Shown here: positions 37,830 through 49,005 of the stretch, piece by piece
Layout: the number at the start of each line of letters is the position of its first letter
How positions within the stretch are numbered: the first letter of the stretch is position 1
The notes under the pieces: model-generated
What the model saw: only the letters and a program-made list of their open reading frames with translations
Databases searched by the model: none
Told to the model about the DNA's origin: nothing
Made by a program: the position numbers and the translations under genes
Source of the DNA: an uncultured Clostridia bacterium
Lineage (GTDB): Bacteria; Bacillota; Clostridia; TANB77; CAG-465
Assembly (NCBI GenBank): GCA_934130325.1
Contig: CAKOYA010000003.1
Location: forward strand, 701-64,700
Length of the DNA stretch: 64,000 nt
Reading direction: 5' to 3'

Positions 37830-38007
37830 ATTCTATTAATAAATATTATATTTATTATTGAATCACATTAAATAATAAATGAACCCAGGATATTAAACAG
37901 ATTCGTTTAACATTTTGAGTTCATTTTCATATAATACAAAAAAGATACAAAACTTATAGCTTTGTATCTCAACATTAAGATTTAATAACTAAATAATTAA
38001 AACTAAA

Positions 38008-38286
38008 TTATTTTTTGTTTACTAATTCTTTTAATGCTTTACCAGCTTTGAAAACTGGTGCTTTAGAAGCTGGTATTTTAATTTCAGCTTTAGTTTGTGG
38101 GTTTCTTCCTTTTCTAGCAGCTCTTTTTCTTACTTCGAAAGAACCAAATCCTACAAGTTGAACTTTTTCGCCTGCTTTTAAAGCTCCTTCAACGCTAGTT
38201 ATGAAAGCGTCTAATGCTGTTTCAGCAGCTTTTTTTGTAAGTTTGCTTTCTTCAGCAATTTTAGCTATTAATTCAGCTTTATTCAT
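38008..38286 (-). CDS. hup: DNA-binding protein HU
   Basis: [28 protein letters not shown]...[16 protein letters not shown] is canonical HU. Confidence 0.92.
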   Translation of the reverse strand: MNKAELIAKIAEESKLTKKAAETALDAFITSVEGALKAGEKVQLVGFGSFEVRKRAARKGRNPQTKAEIKIPASKAPVFKAGKALKELVNKK

Positions 38287-38378
38287 TATAAATCCCTCCT
38301 AATGTAACCTCCGTAACTGATTACACTAAGAATATACTACAAAACGCTTGCCTTGTCAACACTTTTCTACATTTTTTA

Positions 38379-39980
38379 TTATATTTTTTTTAATTTTCTA
38401 GCAACTTTAAATATTTTATCTCCCATTGGGAGTTGCTTTATTTCACTTTCATTTAAAGTACCAATAGCAATAATTGAAATAAAATATACTAAAACAGCTA
38501 TACATATACTGATAATTGTGTATATGGTATTAGAAATGTATATATATATATTAACTTTTTCAAGAATAAATAACACTAAAGTCATTATCAATGTTGCAAT
38601 AATTGGCTTTAAGAATATTCCCTTTAAGTCAGGTTTTTCTTTTAAGTACTTAAATAATAATATAAATGATAAAGTACAAGCTATTGCATTATATATAACA
38701 GTTGTAAGTGCTGGAATTACTTCACCATACTTAGGTATTAAAATTACATTTAAAATATACTTTATTACTGCACCTATTGCTAAACAGGTACCTGGTACAT
38801 AAAGTTTACCTATTCCTTGTAAAGCTCCATATAAAGTTTGAGCAAGTACTGCAAAAATTATCATAAAACATTGTATTTGAAGCAATGTAGCTCCTTCTGG
38901 TGCATTTGGAAATATAAGTGCAAAAATTGGAGATGCAAGCATAAATAATCCTGCTGTACAAGGAAGCGCTATAATTGAAGATACCTTTAATGAAAAATTT
39001 ATCTTATCAACAGCCTCTTTCTTTTTTCCCTTAGCAATAGCTGAGGATATAAATGGTACTAGTGCTACTGAAAACGCAACATTTATTGAAAGTGGTACAG
39101 CATTTAATATATCTACTTTACCAAGCAATATTCCGAATTTCTCATTTGCCTGTTGCAATGTATAACCATATTTTTGTAATCCATCCATAGCTGTGATTAC
39201 ATCTATTACTCCTGAAAGTGCAACAACAACACTTCCAAATGATATTGGTATTACGTATGTTATTAATTTCTTTACAATTTTTCTTCTAGGTGTTATAGCA
39301 AATTTTTCAGATTTTTTTATATCATCCCATATATCTTTCTTATTTTTATTATAATATGTTAATAAATAGAAAAATGCGCTTGAAGTTGCAACAGTAGTAG
39401 CTAAAGTTGAGCCGGCAGCCATAATTTCAGGTGTAGCTCCAAGTAACATAACTACAAATATTATAGAAAATATACTATTAATTATTTGTTCTAATATCTG
39501 TGCCTTGCTATACTCCATCATATTTTGCATTCCTACAAAATACCCTCTTAATACTGCAGACATAGCTACAAATATTATTGCTGGAGATAGAGCCATTAAT
39601 GTGTATTTAACTCCAGGATTTGATAAAATATTAGTTGCTATAAATCCAGAGCCAAAAAATAACATAAGTGAAAAACAAACAGCAATCAAACTAAAAAGCC
39701 ACATAGCAGTTCTAAAAATTCTATGTGCACCTCTTTTATCCCCTATAGCAATTTTTTCTGATATAAGTTTTGACATTGTATTTGGTATCCCCATAGTAGC
39801 AATTGCAAGTATTAATGTGTATACTTGATATCCTGAACCGTAATAACTGTTTCCTTCATCTGCAAACTGAGGAAAGTTTGTAAGAACAATTCTATATATA
39901 AATCCAAATACTTTTATAAGTACTTGTGAAATCATTATTACTAATACACCATTCATGAATGATTGTTTTTTTATAGCCAA
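38379..39980 (-). CDS. MOP-superfamily flippase (polysaccharide biosynthesis protein / SpoVB-like)
   Basis: 533 aa with ~14 TM helices. The N-terminus (ISQVLIKVFGFIYRIVLTN...YQVYTLILAIATMGIPNTMSKLISE) is typical of SpoVB/MurJ-like proteins. Confidence 0.72.
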   Translation of the reverse strand: MAIKKQSFMNGVLVIMISQVLIKVFGFIYRIVLTNFPQFADEGNSYYGSGYQVYTLILAIATMGIPNTMSKLISEKIAIGDKRGAHRIFRTAMWLFSLIAVCFSLMLFFGSGFIATNILSNPGVKYTLMALSPAIIFVAMSAVLRGYFVGMQNMMEYSKAQILEQIINSIFSIIFVVMLLGATPEIMAAGSTLATTVATSSAFFYLLTYYNKNKKDIWDDIKKSEKFAITPRRKIVKKLITYVIPISFGSVVVALSGVIDVITAMDGLQKYGYTLQQANEKFGILLGKVDILNAVPLSINVAFSVALVPFISSAIAKGKKKEAVDKINFSLKVSSIIALPCTAGLFMLASPIFALIFPNAPEGATLLQIQCFMIIFAVLAQTLYGALQGIGKLYVPGTCLAIGAVIKYILNVILIPKYGEVIPALTTVIYNAIACTLSFILLFKYLKEKPDLKGIFLKPIIATLIMTLVLFILEKVNIYIYISNTIYTIISICIAVLVYFISIIAIGTLNESEIKQLPMGDKIFKVARKLKKI

Positions 39981-40147
39981 TCTATATCACATCCTTAATT
40001 ATACTTTACTAATTTAACGAGATAATTATACCATAATTAAAATGTTTTAACAACAAAAAAGCAAATAAACACAAATATTTCACAAATGTATATATCTAAT
40101 AATTTTATATATTGATTTTTAATAAATTTATTTGTATAATATTTAAT

Positions 40148-41065
40148 ATGAAGTCGATTATTGTAAAAAAAGATAATAAAAACGATTTGGTATCGTATAT
40201 ATATCATTCATTCCCTTCTTTATCTAAATCAAATATATATAAGGCTCTGAGAAATAAAGATATAAGAATAAATGGTACAAAGGTAAATAAAAATACTAAA
40301 ATAAATGAGTATGACAAAATAGATATATATTTAAATGATAATATATTATTTAACTTACCAAATAATATTGATATAATATTTGAAGATAATAATATATTAA
40401 TATGTTACAAACCACAAGGTCTTTTATCAAACAGTGAAGAAAATTTAGATAATTCATTTATAGATGAGCCTACGTTTTCAGATTTAGTAAAAAAATATTA
40501 TAGTGAAGCTAAGATTTGTCATAGGTTAGATAGAAATACAGGTGGATTGTTAATATTTGCAAAAAATAACCTTGCATATAAGGAAATATTAAAAGCATTT
40601 AAAAATTCTAATATAAAAAAAGAATATATTGCATATGTATCAAATTCAAGCTTTTCTAAGAATCATGAAATTTTAGAAAAGTATATTTTAAAGGATGAAA
40701 AAAAGGGATTTTGTAAAATATATGATTATAATATCAAAAATTCACAAAAGATAATAACAGAGTACTTTGTAATATCAAAAAATCTGTTAATGGATTATGC
40801 GATTTTAAAAATAATTATTCATACAGGTAAAACTCACCAAATTAGAGCACAACTAAAAAATATATCTCATCCAATAATAGGTGATTCAAAGTATGGAAAA
40901 AACGAAATTAATAAAAAATTCAAAAAAAATAAACAGCTATTATTTGCTTATAAATATTGTTTTAATTTTGAAGCTAATTCATGCTTAAGTTATTTAAATA
41001 ATTTAAATGTATGTTTAGATTCTAAATACTACTCTAATAAATTAGGAAGTGATTTTTATGGATAA
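40148..41065 (+). CDS. RluA-family pseudouridine synthase with an S4-like N-terminal domain
   Basis: HRLDRNTGGLLIFAKN and GKTHQIRAQL motifs. The start was refined to MKSIIV. Confidence 0.85.
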   Translation: MKSIIVKKDNKNDLVSYIYHSFPSLSKSNIYKALRNKDIRINGTKVNKNTKINEYDKIDIYLNDNILFNLPNNIDIIFEDNNILICYKPQGLLSNSEENLDNSFIDEPTFSDLVKKYYSEAKICHRLDRNTGGLLIFAKNNLAYKEILKAFKNSNIKKEYIAYVSNSSFSKNHEILEKYILKDEKKGFCKIYDYNIKNSQKIITEYFVISKNLLMDYAILKIIIHTGKTHQIRAQLKNISHPIIGDSKYGKNEINKKFKKNKQLLFAYKYCFNFEANSCLSYLNNLNVCLDSKYYSNKLGSDFYG

Positions 41066-41663
41066 AGATCTTAATATTAAATACACACCACAAAAATTTA
41101 ATGAAAAAAAACGTTCATTAACTGAAATGGTATACATATTTACTATTTGTTCAATGATTGGATGGTTAATTGAACTTGTTTTTGTGTATATAAGTGTTGG
41201 TAAAATAGTAAACCGTGGTGTGCTTTATGCTCCAATGTGTTCAATATACGGGTTTGGTGCACTAATACTTTACATGCTATTTTATAATTTTAAACCTACC
41301 AAAACAAATATTCCATATATATTTATTATTGCCTCTTTAATACTTGGAATGTTTGAGTTAATATGTGGACTAGGATTTAAATACTTATTTAATATAGAAA
41401 TGTGGAACTATGACGGTTTCTTTTTAGAAATTTTAGATTATACAACAGTGCCAATAATGATTGGCTGGGGAATACTTGGAACTCTTTATGTATTCTTTAT
41501 TCAACCATTCCTAGCCAAACTAATTTCTTTCATTCCAATGAAAATTAGAAAAAAACTGGCAATAATTATAGTTTGTTATCTTTTAATAGATTTTGGTTTT
41601 TCTGTTTTTAATATATACGGAAATCCAGAAATACTATATAAAATGGTAAATCCACAACTTTAA
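41058..41663 (+). CDS. Membrane protein of the 'putative ABC-transporter type IV' (DUF1113) family, paralog 1
   Basis: SMIGWLIELVFVYI...NRGVLYAPMCSIYGFGAL...WNYD motifs. Confidence 0.7.
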   Translation: MDKDLNIKYTPQKFNEKKRSLTEMVYIFTICSMIGWLIELVFVYISVGKIVNRGVLYAPMCSIYGFGALILYMLFYNFKPTKTNIPYIFIIASLILGMFELICGLGFKYLFNIEMWNYDGFFLEILDYTTVPIMIGWGILGTLYVFFIQPFLAKLISFIPMKIRKKLAIIIVCYLLIDFGFSVFNIYGNPEILYKMVNPQL

Positions 41664-41745
41664 GTATACTTTATTAGTTATATAATATACATTTATCATA
41701 AAATGCTATTAATATAATATAATTTCTATTAAGTGAGGTGTTTTT

Positions 41746-42735
41746 ATGATAAATGTTGCAATTGTTGGAGCAACAGGTCTTGTTGGTTCAACTTTTTTAA
41801 AGGTATTAGAAGAAAAAAATTTAAATATAGATAATTTTGTTTTACTTGCATCTAAAAATTCCAAAGGGAAAAAAATTAAATTTATGAGAAAAGAATATAT
41901 AGTTGAAGAATTATCTGAAGATTCATTTAACAATAATAGATTTGACTATGCACTATTTTCTGCAGGAGGTAATGTAAGTAAAAAGTATGCAAAAATAGCG
42001 GCAAAAAACAACTGCATAGTAATAGATAACAGCTCTGCTTTTAGATTAGAAAAAGATGTTCCATTAATCGTGCCAGAAGTAAATAAAGAATTAATTTGGA
42101 AAAATTCAGGAATTATTGCAAATCCAAACTGCTCAACTATACAAGCAACTTTACCACTTAAAGTTTTAAATGACAAATATGAAATAAAAAGAGTTGTAAT
42201 TTCCACGTATCAAGCAGTATCAGGAGCTGGAATATTCGGTATTGAAGATTTGGAAAATCCAGACAATTTCGATTTTCCTAAAAAGTTTAATTATCCTATT
42301 AAAAATAATTGTATCCCACAAATTGATATTTTTATGGAAAATGATTACACTAAAGAAGAAATGAAAATGATAGAAGAAACAAAAAAGATTCTCAATTTGC
42401 CTAATTTAAAAATTACAACGACTGCAGTAAGAGTCCCAGTAAAAAATTGTCACTGTGAAAGTATAAATGTAGAATTTGAAAAAGAATTTGATACAGCCGA
42501 ACTAAAACAAGCTTTAAATAAATTTGAAAATTTGGTTGTACTTGATGATACGAAAAATGAAGTATATCCTCTTCCTAATTTTGTAACTGGTAAAGATGAG
42601 GTTTTCGTAGGAAGAATTCGAAGGGATTATAGCGTAAAAAGTGGTATTAATATGTGGGTAGTAGCAGACAATATAAGAAAAGGAGCAGCAACTAATGCTA
42701 TACAAATATTAGAAAATCTCATTAATAATAAATAA
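41746..42735 (+). CDS. asd: Aspartate-semialdehyde dehydrogenase
   Basis: VAIVGATGLVG, the active site NPNCSTI, and SGAG. Confidence 0.9.
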   Translation: MINVAIVGATGLVGSTFLKVLEEKNLNIDNFVLLASKNSKGKKIKFMRKEYIVEELSEDSFNNNRFDYALFSAGGNVSKKYAKIAAKNNCIVIDNSSAFRLEKDVPLIVPEVNKELIWKNSGIIANPNCSTIQATLPLKVLNDKYEIKRVVISTYQAVSGAGIFGIEDLENPDNFDFPKKFNYPIKNNCIPQIDIFMENDYTKEEMKMIEETKKILNLPNLKITTTAVRVPVKNCHCESINVEFEKEFDTAELKQALNKFENLVVLDDTKNEVYPLPNFVTGKDEVFVGRIRRDYSVKSGINMWVVADNIRKGAATNAIQILENLINNK

Positions 42736-42811
42736 AATAACAAAGCTTGTGATACTTTAAAACTTCACAAGCTTTGTTATTTTAGTGTAGTGTTATTTTA
42801 AACCTATATAC

Positions 42812-44449
42812 TCAAGAACAAAGACTTACCTTTCTTAATTCTAAGGCATGCTCAATTGCTATAGTAGTAATTGAACCATTTGAGATCTTAGCAATTTCAT
42901 TTATAATCTCATCTTCAGATAATTTCCTAACATTTGTATTTGTCTTTCCATTTTTTACAATTTTTTCTATTTTATAGTTTGAATCTGCACTAGCTGTAAG
43001 AATAGGTTGATGTGTTACAGCTATTACCTGATACTTTTTTGAAATCATTTTTATTTTTTCTGCGACTGCTTTTACTGCAGCCCCGCTTATACCTGTATCT
43101 ATTTCATCAAACACTATAGTCTGCACGTCATCTACACTACTTAATACTGATTTTATAGCAAGCATTATTCTAGATATTTCTCCACCTGAGGCTACTTTTA
43201 TAAGTTGCTTAAAATCTTCACCTATATTAGTATTTATTAGAAATTCTACTAAGCTTAGCCCGTATTTATTAAATTTTCTTTGATCATCAAATCTTAAATC
43301 TACTTTAAATTTAGCATTTTTCATATCTAAAAATTTAAGTTCCTCATTAATTCTATCTTCTAAAATAGAAGAATATTTATTTCTTACCGAATTCATGGCA
43401 ATAGCTAATTCTAACATTTTATTTTCTATATCTTTCTTTTCTTTTTTTAAAATATTATTATGTTGCTCTAAACTTTCTATTTCAACTATCTCTCTTTCAA
43501 GTTCCATGCTATACTTTAATATTTCGTCTATGCTATTTCCATACTTTCTTTTTAGTGAAAATATTAAATCTAATCTATTTTGTACATAATTACATTCTTC
43601 TTCATTAAACTCTAAATTTTCCTTATAACTATTAAAATCTAATAAATCTTCTTGTAGTTCATAATATATATCCTGGATACCGCTTAATTTATTTTTATAT
43701 TCATTACTAATATTTTCTATTTTTTCTAAAGGTTTTATAATTTCTTCTAACTCTATTAATATATTATTTTCTAACTTAAAACTAGCAATATTTAAGGCAT
43801 CTGACACTTTTTCAAAATTTTTCATCAAAATTTTTTTATTATTTAATTCTTCCTCTTCTCCAAGTTTTAAATCTGCCTCTTTAATTTCATTTAACTGATA
43901 ATATAATAAATCTAGCTTTCTTTGCCTTTCAATATCATTTCCATAGCACTTATTTAATTCGCCTTCTATCTTATTATATCTTGAAAATAATACTTCGTAT
44001 TCAGAACTTATTTTTTTTAACTCTTCTCCACAATATTTATCTAATAATAATAAATGAGTTTTTGTATCCATCAAGTTTTGATTATCAAATTGGCCATGTA
44101 TATCAATAATATTTTTCATGTAATTTTTTAATTCTGACACGGTAACAAATCTACCGTTTATCTTACATAAATTTTTTCCATTTACATGAATCTCTCTTGA
44201 AACTATAATATAATTTTTATCTATATTTTCACTATTATCAATTTGTATATATGCCTCAATAAATGAAAACTCTTGATCTTTCCTTATCATCTCTTTAGAA
44301 AATCTTCCACCTGAAAGTATGTCTATTGAATTTATAATCAAGCTTTTTCCTGACCCAGTTTCGCCAGTTAAAACATTAAATCCATTTTTTAAATTTATAA
44401 CTAAATCATCTATTATTCCTATATTTTTTATATGCAAAGTTTCAATCAT
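42812..44449 (-). CDS. recN: DNA repair protein RecN
   Basis: The start was refined to MIETLHIKNIGIID. Evidence includes LTGETGSGKS, a long coiled coil, and ASGGEISRIMLAIK...VFDEIDTGISG. Confidence 0.9.
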   Translation of the reverse strand: MIETLHIKNIGIIDDLVINLKNGFNVLTGETGSGKSLIINSIDILSGGRFSKEMIRKDQEFSFIEAYIQIDNSENIDKNYIIVSREIHVNGKNLCKINGRFVTVSELKNYMKNIIDIHGQFDNQNLMDTKTHLLLLDKYCGEELKKISSEYEVLFSRYNKIEGELNKCYGNDIERQRKLDLLYYQLNEIKEADLKLGEEEELNNKKILMKNFEKVSDALNIASFKLENNILIELEEIIKPLEKIENISNEYKNKLSGIQDIYYELQEDLLDFNSYKENLEFNEEECNYVQNRLDLIFSLKRKYGNSIDEILKYSMELEREIVEIESLEQHNNILKKEKKDIENKMLELAIAMNSVRNKYSSILEDRINEELKFLDMKNAKFKVDLRFDDQRKFNKYGLSLVEFLINTNIGEDFKQLIKVASGGEISRIMLAIKSVLSSVDDVQTIVFDEIDTGISGAAVKAVAEKIKMISKKYQVIAVTHQPILTASADSNYKIEKIVKNGKTNTNVRKLSEDEIINEIAKISNGSITTIAIEHALELRKVSLCS

Positions 44450-44523
44450 ATAAATCACCTCGAAAAAGAACTTGTGTTCTAAAAAATATTTTAACATGTT
44501 AAAATTCAATTGTCAATATTTTT

Positions 44524-45066
44524 TCAAACAAAAGTTCTTTTTAAGTGTTTTTTCATTGTTAATATATCACTATACAAAATAGAATTTATATATTTTTTTA
44601 ATTCTTCATCATTATCACTTTGTAATAACTTTCTTATTTTAGTAGCAGATATTTGCAGTTCTTTTCGATTAATTTTCTGCTTAAAAAATTTAGCTGAAAC
44701 TTCACTACTAAAGCATTTATTTATATCTTTATCATCTCCATAAACTATATAATCTACATTGGACAATAATTTTTCACTAACAATTTTTAGTAGCCTATTT
44801 CCATATTCATTATCTATAATTCTAGTATCATGAAATGGTAATAATATTAATTTATTTTCAATTATTTCCTTTTCATAAATTTTTCTTATAAGATATAGTT
44901 TGAATTCTATATCAAAAGGATTATTTTCATCCTTTAAATCATTATACGTTACTACAACAACTACTCTTTTACACTTTTTTAATGCAAGGTTAATTAATTT
45001 TTCATGACCTAAATGAATAGGTGAAAACCTGCCTACAACCATTCCACAATTATACATTTTTTCCAT
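44524..45066 (-). CDS. Cytidylyl/adenylyltransferase-fold protein (NMN adenylyltransferase-like)
   Basis: GMVVGRFSPIHLGHEKLI is an (H/T)xGH nucleotidyltransferase motif. The start was refined to MEKMYN after GAAGGGG. Confidence 0.6.
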   Translation of the reverse strand: MEKMYNCGMVVGRFSPIHLGHEKLINLALKKCKRVVVVVTYNDLKDENNPFDIEFKLYLIRKIYEKEIIENKLILLPFHDTRIIDNEYGNRLLKIVSEKLLSNVDYIVYGDDKDINKCFSSEVSAKFFKQKINRKELQISATKIRKLLQSDNDEELKKYINSILYSDILTMKKHLKRTFV

Positions 45067-45092
45067 TTTTCCCCTTCTTAATTTAAACATAT

Positions 45093-45743
45093 CTATATTT
45101 CAACTTTTTTTCTATTTTCAAAAATACTGTCTATTTTTTCATCAGTAAATATCTTGTCTATGAAAACATCTATATTATTATTAGCAGGTTTACCATTTTT
45201 TCTTTTATATTGTCTGACAGATACCATGCACGTTAATACAATATTAATAGCCATAAAAATTATAAGTAACCATACTACTATCGTTCCAACTTTTTTAGGA
45301 ATTTTTTCTATATATCTTGAAACAAACGGATATAACCATTTAACATATATAACTCCTAATATTCCCCAGCCAATAGCATAAATTAATGTTGTTCTACCAT
45401 CAATATTAGTAATTGCATTAGAATAATCCCAAGAAATACTTCCATAAAATTTTTCCTGAAAAAAAGAATAAAAATATTCTAACATTCCCCCAAAAAAGGC
45501 TGATATAAAAAATATTACTGACATATTTTTAAACTTTTTTGATACTACAGTGAAAATAACGGCACCTATACCATACACAATAGTAAATGGACCAAAAAGT
45601 AATTCTTGTTTATTACAAATACTACCATTTTGAAAATAATCTAATATTGTTTCATACAAAAATCCAACTATAGAAAATATACAAAATATAAGAAAATATT
45701 TATATGCTGAATATCCGCTAGCAAATTTTTTATTATCATCCAC
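45093..45743 (-). CDS. DUF1113 ('ABC-transporter type IV') membrane protein, paralog 2
   Basis: IVGFLYETILDYF...LLFGPFTIVYGIGAV...WDYS motifs. Confidence 0.7.
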   Translation of the reverse strand: MDDNKKFASGYSAYKYFLIFCIFSIVGFLYETILDYFQNGSICNKQELLFGPFTIVYGIGAVIFTVVSKKFKNMSVIFFISAFFGGMLEYFYSFFQEKFYGSISWDYSNAITNIDGRTTLIYAIGWGILGVIYVKWLYPFVSRYIEKIPKKVGTIVVWLLIIFMAINIVLTCMVSVRQYKRKNGKPANNNIDVFIDKIFTDEKIDSIFENRKKVEI

Positions 45744-45792
45744 ATTATCACCAAAATATAGTATTTGTAAATATTAATTATATATTCATTAA

Positions 45793-46545
45793 TTAATTTA
45801 ACTTTTTAAATTGCATATTATATATATATTCTTCTAAAATATTATGCGATAAAATTTTACTAAAAATAACACCTATCTTATTCTTAATGCCGGGAATTAT
45901 TATAGTCTTTTTTTGAAATAATTTCTTTAAGCTATACTTAGCTACATACCCTGGACTAACGGGTTTTACACTAAATTTAACATTCATTTTTTTGTTAAAA
46001 TCCGTATCAACAGGTCCTGGACATACTACACTCACACTAACATTTGATTTACTTTTTTTAAGTTCCTTACTAATTGATTCAGTCAATTTAAATACATAAT
46101 CTTTTGTAGCATAATATGATGCCATTAATGGTCCAGGTGCAAATGCTGCACTAGATGATACATTTAGTATATATCCTTCATTTTGATTTATCATTTTATT
46201 TAAAAACACTTTAGTCATATAATGAACAGCTAAAATATTTAAATTAATCATTTCTAAATCTTGTTCAAAATCTGTTTGGATAAATTCACCTATTTTCCCA
46301 ATTCCAGCACTATTTACTAATATATCTACTTTTTCATCTTTATATTTTTCATATAATACTTTACATTCTTTTAAATCTGATAGATCTAGTTTCTCAATAT
46401 ATACCTCTTCTTTACAAACTTTCTTCAAATTTTCTAATCTTTTACCATTTCTTCCAACTGCTATAATTTTATACCCTTTTTTACTAAGTTCTTTAGCAAT
46501 TTCAAATCCAATTCCAGAAGATGCCCCTGTAATTAAAGCTAACAT
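45793..46545 (-). CDS. Short-chain dehydrogenase/reductase (SDR)
   Basis: TGASSGIG, NSAG, and YxxxK (YYATKDY). Confidence 0.85.
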   Translation of the reverse strand: MLALITGASSGIGFEIAKELSKKGYKIIAVGRNGKRLENLKKVCKEEVYIEKLDLSDLKECKVLYEKYKDEKVDILVNSAGIGKIGEFIQTDFEQDLEMINLNILAVHYMTKVFLNKMINQNEGYILNVSSSAAFAPGPLMASYYATKDYVFKLTESISKELKKSKSNVSVSVVCPGPVDTDFNKKMNVKFSVKPVSPGYVAKYSLKKLFQKKTIIIPGIKNKIGVIFSKILSHNILEEYIYNMQFKKLN

Positions 46546-46650
46546 TTTTTTACTCCTTCTCTAAAGGAATTTTAACACAACTACTTTATAAAATCAATAC
46601 AAAGCATGTCTTTTACTAACATGCTTTGCATTGATTTCTTAATCATTTTT

Positions 46651-48060
46651 TTAATTACTTATTCTTTTTAATATCTCGCGGGAAGCGAGTATTCCACTTG
46701 CACCAGCTTGAGACAATCCTCTTGTTACGCCTGCCCCATCACCTATAGCAAATAAATTTCTATGTTTTGTCTCCAAAGAACTAGAAAGTTCTTTAGGTCT
46801 TGCACTGTAATACTTTACTTCTACGCCATAAAGTAGTGTATCTGCATTTGCTGTTCCTGGAGCGATTTTATCAAGCTTTTCTATCATCTCAATAATATCT
46901 GTAAGTTGGTTATACTGTATAACATATCCCAAATCACCTGGTGTAGCAGAAGTAAGTGTAGGCTTAGTAAAACTTGCCTTCAATCTTTTTTCATCAGTTC
47001 TTCTTCCTTTTTTCAAATCACCATATCTTTGAACAATAATTCCATTTCCCAATAAATTAGAAAATGAAGCTGTTCTTTTTCCATATTGATAAGGATCTTT
47101 AAATGGCTCAGTAAATCTAGTACTTACAAGTATAGCAAAGTTTGTGTTATTACTCCCTAAACTTTTATCCGCAAAACTGTGACCATTAACGGTAATAGTA
47201 CCATCCGTATTTTCATATACCACATATCCAGAAGGATTCATACAAAAAGTTCTTACTGTGTTTCCGCGACTGGTAACATATTTTATCTTTGATTCATACA
47301 CTCTATCAGTTATATGTGAGAAGATCTCATTTGGAAGTTCAACTCTAACTCCCAAATCTATTTGATTGTTAATCATTTCAATTTTCAAAGATTGGTTACA
47401 CACTTTTGAAAACCACTCAGCACCAGATCTGCCGGGTGCGGCAATAACATACTTAGCATTTATCTCAAATGAATTAATTTTGTTTGTCTTATCAAAACAT
47501 GATAATGTATATCCAAACTCATCATTCTTTGATAGTGTTTCAACTTCTGTATTACACAATATTTGAACTTTTTGACTCAAGTATTCATACATCTTACAAA
47601 GTATATTAAAATTATTTTCTGTTCCAAGATGCTTTACTTTAGCTTTTAGAAGATGTAAATCATACTTTAATGCCTCTCTTTCAATTTCCTTTGCCTCTTT
47701 AGTATCAGTAGAATAATACTTTTGAGTAGCACCAAATTTCATAATTATATTATCCACATACTCAATCAGTTTAAGAGCGTACTCAGGCGGAACATAATCT
47801 GTAATCCACCCTCCAAATTCTGTAGTTATATTATACTTTCCGTCAGAAAATCCACCAGCTCCACCAAACCCGTTCATTATATTACATTTTGAACATTTTC
47901 TACATTTTTCGGAAGTGTTTTTGATTGGACATTTTCTCCTTGATATCTCATTTCCTTTATCAATGAGTACTATCCGAAGATTAGAATTCTCTGACAATTC
48001 ATATGCTGCACAAATTCCAGCGATTCCAGCACCTATAATAGCAACATCATATTTTTTCAT
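46651..48060 (-). CDS. FAD-dependent oxidoreductase (COG2509-type)
   Basis: DVAIIGAGIAGICAA dinucleotide-binding motif and a C-terminal IGDGAGVTRGLSQAGASG. Confidence 0.75.
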   Translation of the reverse strand: MKKYDVAIIGAGIAGICAAYELSENSNLRIVLIDKGNEISRRKCPIKNTSEKCRKCSKCNIMNGFGGAGGFSDGKYNITTEFGGWITDYVPPEYALKLIEYVDNIIMKFGATQKYYSTDTKEAKEIEREALKYDLHLLKAKVKHLGTENNFNILCKMYEYLSQKVQILCNTEVETLSKNDEFGYTLSCFDKTNKINSFEINAKYVIAAPGRSGAEWFSKVCNQSLKIEMINNQIDLGVRVELPNEIFSHITDRVYESKIKYVTSRGNTVRTFCMNPSGYVVYENTDGTITVNGHSFADKSLGSNNTNFAILVSTRFTEPFKDPYQYGKRTASFSNLLGNGIIVQRYGDLKKGRRTDEKRLKASFTKPTLTSATPGDLGYVIQYNQLTDIIEMIEKLDKIAPGTANADTLLYGVEVKYYSARPKELSSSLETKHRNLFAIGDGAGVTRGLSQAGASGILASREILKRISN

Positions 48061-48204
48061 TTTAATCATCCTTTCATAAATTATTATCTAAGAATAAATT
48101 TTATACATCTACATTATAACATGTATGTCAAATTTTATTTTTTTAGCATTATTGACATTTTTTTTATTATTTTATATAATTTTAATTAGATAAAGGTGAT
48201 TACT

Positions 48205-48966
48205 ATGAATTTATATGTACTTTTTATGTATTTCTTTATATATAGTATTCTTGGTTGGATTGCTGAGGTTATATATTGTAGAATAGTGGGAGGAAAACTC
48301 ACTAATAGAGGTTTTTTAAATGGGCCATATTGTCCCATTTATGGATTTGGTTCATTAATAATAGTACTTTCCTTACAGTACTATATAAACTCCCCTATAT
48401 TAGTATTTTTTATAGGTATGATACTTACAACCATTCTTGAATATATAACCAGTTTTTTTATGGAAAAAATATTTAATGCAAGATGGTGGGATTATTCAAA
48501 CATGCAATTTAATATAAACGGTAGAGTGTGTCTATTAAATTCACTAGAATTTGCAATACTTGGTCTACTCCTTACGTATATAATACACCCTCAAATAAAA
48601 CAACTAATTGAAAAAATACCACAAAATTATATTCCAGTTATATCTATTTCATTATTTGTAATAATTACATTAGACTTTGCAGTAACTTTATATACTATAT
48701 TTAATCTAAAAGAAAGACTTAACAAACTTCATGAAATTACTGAACAAATATTTGAGAATAAAAAGAAAGATTTTCAAAATATTGATATTATTCAAAATTT
48801 AGAAAAAGTTAAAGAGGATATAATTTCCAAAACTAGCCTCTTAAATAACAGAATAATAAAAGCTTTCCCTGAAATAGAATTTAAAAAGAGAAATGAACAG
48901 TTACTTGAGATTAAATCTAAATTACAAAATAAGCTTTATAATAAAAAAAGTCATAAAAAAGACTGA
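48205..48966 (+). CDS. DUF1113 membrane protein, paralog 3, with a C-terminal coiled tail
   Basis: ILGWIAEVIYCRI...NRGFLNGPYCPIYGFGSL...WWDYS. Confidence 0.7.
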   Translation: MNLYVLFMYFFIYSILGWIAEVIYCRIVGGKLTNRGFLNGPYCPIYGFGSLIIVLSLQYYINSPILVFFIGMILTTILEYITSFFMEKIFNARWWDYSNMQFNINGRVCLLNSLEFAILGLLLTYIIHPQIKQLIEKIPQNYIPVISISLFVIITLDFAVTLYTIFNLKERLNKLHEITEQIFENKKKDFQNIDIIQNLEKVKEDIISKTSLLNNRIIKAFPEIEFKKRNEQLLEIKSKLQNKLYNKKSHKKD

Positions 48967-49005
48967 ATTGCACTTCAAATTCAGTCTTTTTTACTGTATG
49001 TTAAC

